From Woeseiaceae bacterium (GTDB lineage Bacteria; Pseudomonadota; Gammaproteobacteria; Steroidobacterales; Woeseiaceae), in the NCBI GenBank assembly GCA_965232445.1, contig OZ246973.1:2483874-2547873 (forward strand): DNA of 64,000 nucleotides, in the 5' to 3' direction. Positions 63,009 through 64,000 of this stretch are shown here, piece after piece. Numbering within the stretch: position 1 is the stretch's first letter; each line of letters starts with the position of its first letter. The notes beneath the pieces were generated by a model. It ran no database searches. It saw nothing but the letters and a program-made list of their open reading frames with translations, and was not told the origin of the DNA. A program made the position numbers and the translations under genes.

Positions 63009-63868
63009 GTCGTCCCCCCTGTCAGAGTGCCGATGGCCTCGCCCATGCGAACGGTCTCGCCGGCAAGCAGCGTATCGCTCCACTCGGCAACGCCCTCGGG
63101 CAATAGAAGGATCACCGTGGAACCCATATTGAACCAGCCGAGGAGATCGCCCTTGACGAGGTCGCGCGGCGCGTCACCGAGCGCCAGGGTCTCGACAACG
63201 CCGCGCTTGCGTGGGCGGATCTCGCCCGTCCACGGCGTGGTGATGCTGCCGACGTTGAGCGCACCGACGAAGATCAGGGTGGCCGGGCCGCGATCGGTCT
63301 CGAAGCTCAGGTTGAGGCGTTCGTTGCGTGCGAATAGGCCCGGGATCAACGACGCCGTGGCGGTGTTGACGCTAAAGAGATCTCCGGGAACGTAGTGCGC
63401 GTCCGTGAGCCTGCCGTCAATCGGCATGTGGACGCGATGATAGTTGTATGGCGCGAGGTAGATGGTGGCGAACAGTCCGTCCCGATAGCCGCGCGCTCTC
63501 TCGAGGTCGATGGCGAAGAGTTCGTCGAGCGAATACTCAATGCCCTTGGCCTGGAGGATGGCATTGCAGTTCAACTTGCCCGCTTCGCTGACGGTCCCGT
63601 CGACCGGGGATACGATGGCGTGCGAGCTATCGACGACGGGCCGCGCGTCCTCGTTCAGTTCCCTGATGAAGAAGTCGTTAAAGGTCGCGAAGTCCTCCGG
63701 TACGTCGCCGCGCACACCGTCGAGCTTTACGTCGTACAGCCGGACGAAACCGCGAATGAGCGCATTCTTGATGCGCGGCACGCGAATCCGGGCGATCCGG
63801 TAGACCAGCGCCGTGAGCCAGCGCCGTGGCAGGAGGAACTGCAGGCTTGCGAACAGACGTGCGATCAC
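63005..63868 (-). CDS. psd: phosphatidylserine decarboxylase proenzyme
   Basis: 287 aa with a GTG start. It carries the self-cleavage motif FNMGSTVI (G-S-T) and the typical YHRVHMP region. Confidence 0.95.
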   Translation of the reverse strand: MIARLFASLQFLLPRRWLTALVYRIARIRVPRIKNALIRGFVRLYDVKLDGVRGDVPEDFATFNDFFIRELNEDARPVVDSSHAIVSPVDGTVSEAGKLNCNAILQAKGIEYSLDELFAIDLERARGYRDGLFATIYLAPYNYHRVHMPIDGRLTDAHYVPGDLFSVNTATASLIPGLFARNERLNLSFETDRGPATLIFVGALNVGSITTPWTGEIRPRKRGVVETLALGDAPRDLVKGDLLGWFNMGSTVILLLPEGVAEWSDTLLAGETVRMGEAIGTLTGGTT

Positions 63869-63874
63869 CGGGCT

Positions 63875-64000
63875 TTACTCGATGTCAGCATTCACGGACA
63901 GCAGCAGCGTGTCGTCCGAATAGAGGTGCAGTGTAACCGCTTGCGGACTGTCGACGGGCTGCATGAGCATCAAATGCTTGCCGCCTGGCTCCAGCCGTAC
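63875..64000 (-). CDS. C-terminal fragment of a PCu(A)C-like copper chaperone (gene continues beyond the window)
   Basis: The minus-strand frame reads VRLEPGGKHLMLMQPVDSPQAVTLHLYSDDTLLLSVNADIE-stop. PGG(K/Y)H(L/V)MLM is the characteristic PCuAC/DUF461 motif. Only 41 aa are visible. Confidence 0.5.
   Translation of the reverse strand, partial: VRLEPGGKHLMLMQPVDSPQAVTLHLYSDDTLLLSVNADIE

Noticed and set aside
62121-63395. 424-aa ORF on the plus strand
   Set aside because: It is antisense to epmA and psd, both confidently identified.

Overview
This is a GC-rich chromosomal segment (around 60% GC by eye, not computed) that looks like an environmental Gammaproteobacterium. It holds roughly 55 protein genes and one tRNA-Ser(CGA).

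Most of the window is conserved core: malic enzyme, a MaoC/thiolase/quinone-oxidoreductase cluster, a TonB-dependent receptor, ppa, acs, purL, ettA, the glyA-nrdR-ribD-ribE-ribBA-ribH-nusB-thiL-pgpA string, parE-parC, efp/epmA and psd. I see no CRISPR array, transposase, integrase, phage or conjugation genes, and no rRNA.

Many long ORFs in the supplied track are antisense or alternative-frame artefacts typical of high-GC DNA. Several real genes start well inside the listed ORF, so their starts are re-called below.

Uncharacterised pockets worth a second look:
1. A rubrerythrin / CCG-type Fe-S oxidoreductase / DUF3501-like three-gene module, with a Fur-like box and an internal terminator-like hairpin (48.6-51.1 kb).
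2. A REP-flanked tandem pair of small paralogous genes whose 3' 200 bp are nearly identical while the 5' parts have diverged (46.6-47.5 kb).
3. A four-gene hypothetical pocket between purL and ettA that includes a zinc-ribbon + DUF4145-like protein (28.1-30.9 kb).
4. A large secreted metzincin with NIDO-like modules and a Cys-bracketed poly-Asp/Trp loop, translationally coupled to a small secreted partner (4.7-8.1 kb).
5. A FimV-like / FimX-like gene pair in which the REC, GGDEF and EAL signatures are all degenerate (56.2-60.5 kb).
6. An orphan TagH-like FHA protein, and a Hanks kinase fused to a cNMP-binding domain.

None of these is proven novel from sequence alone. All functional calls rest on motif recognition from memory, without database searches.
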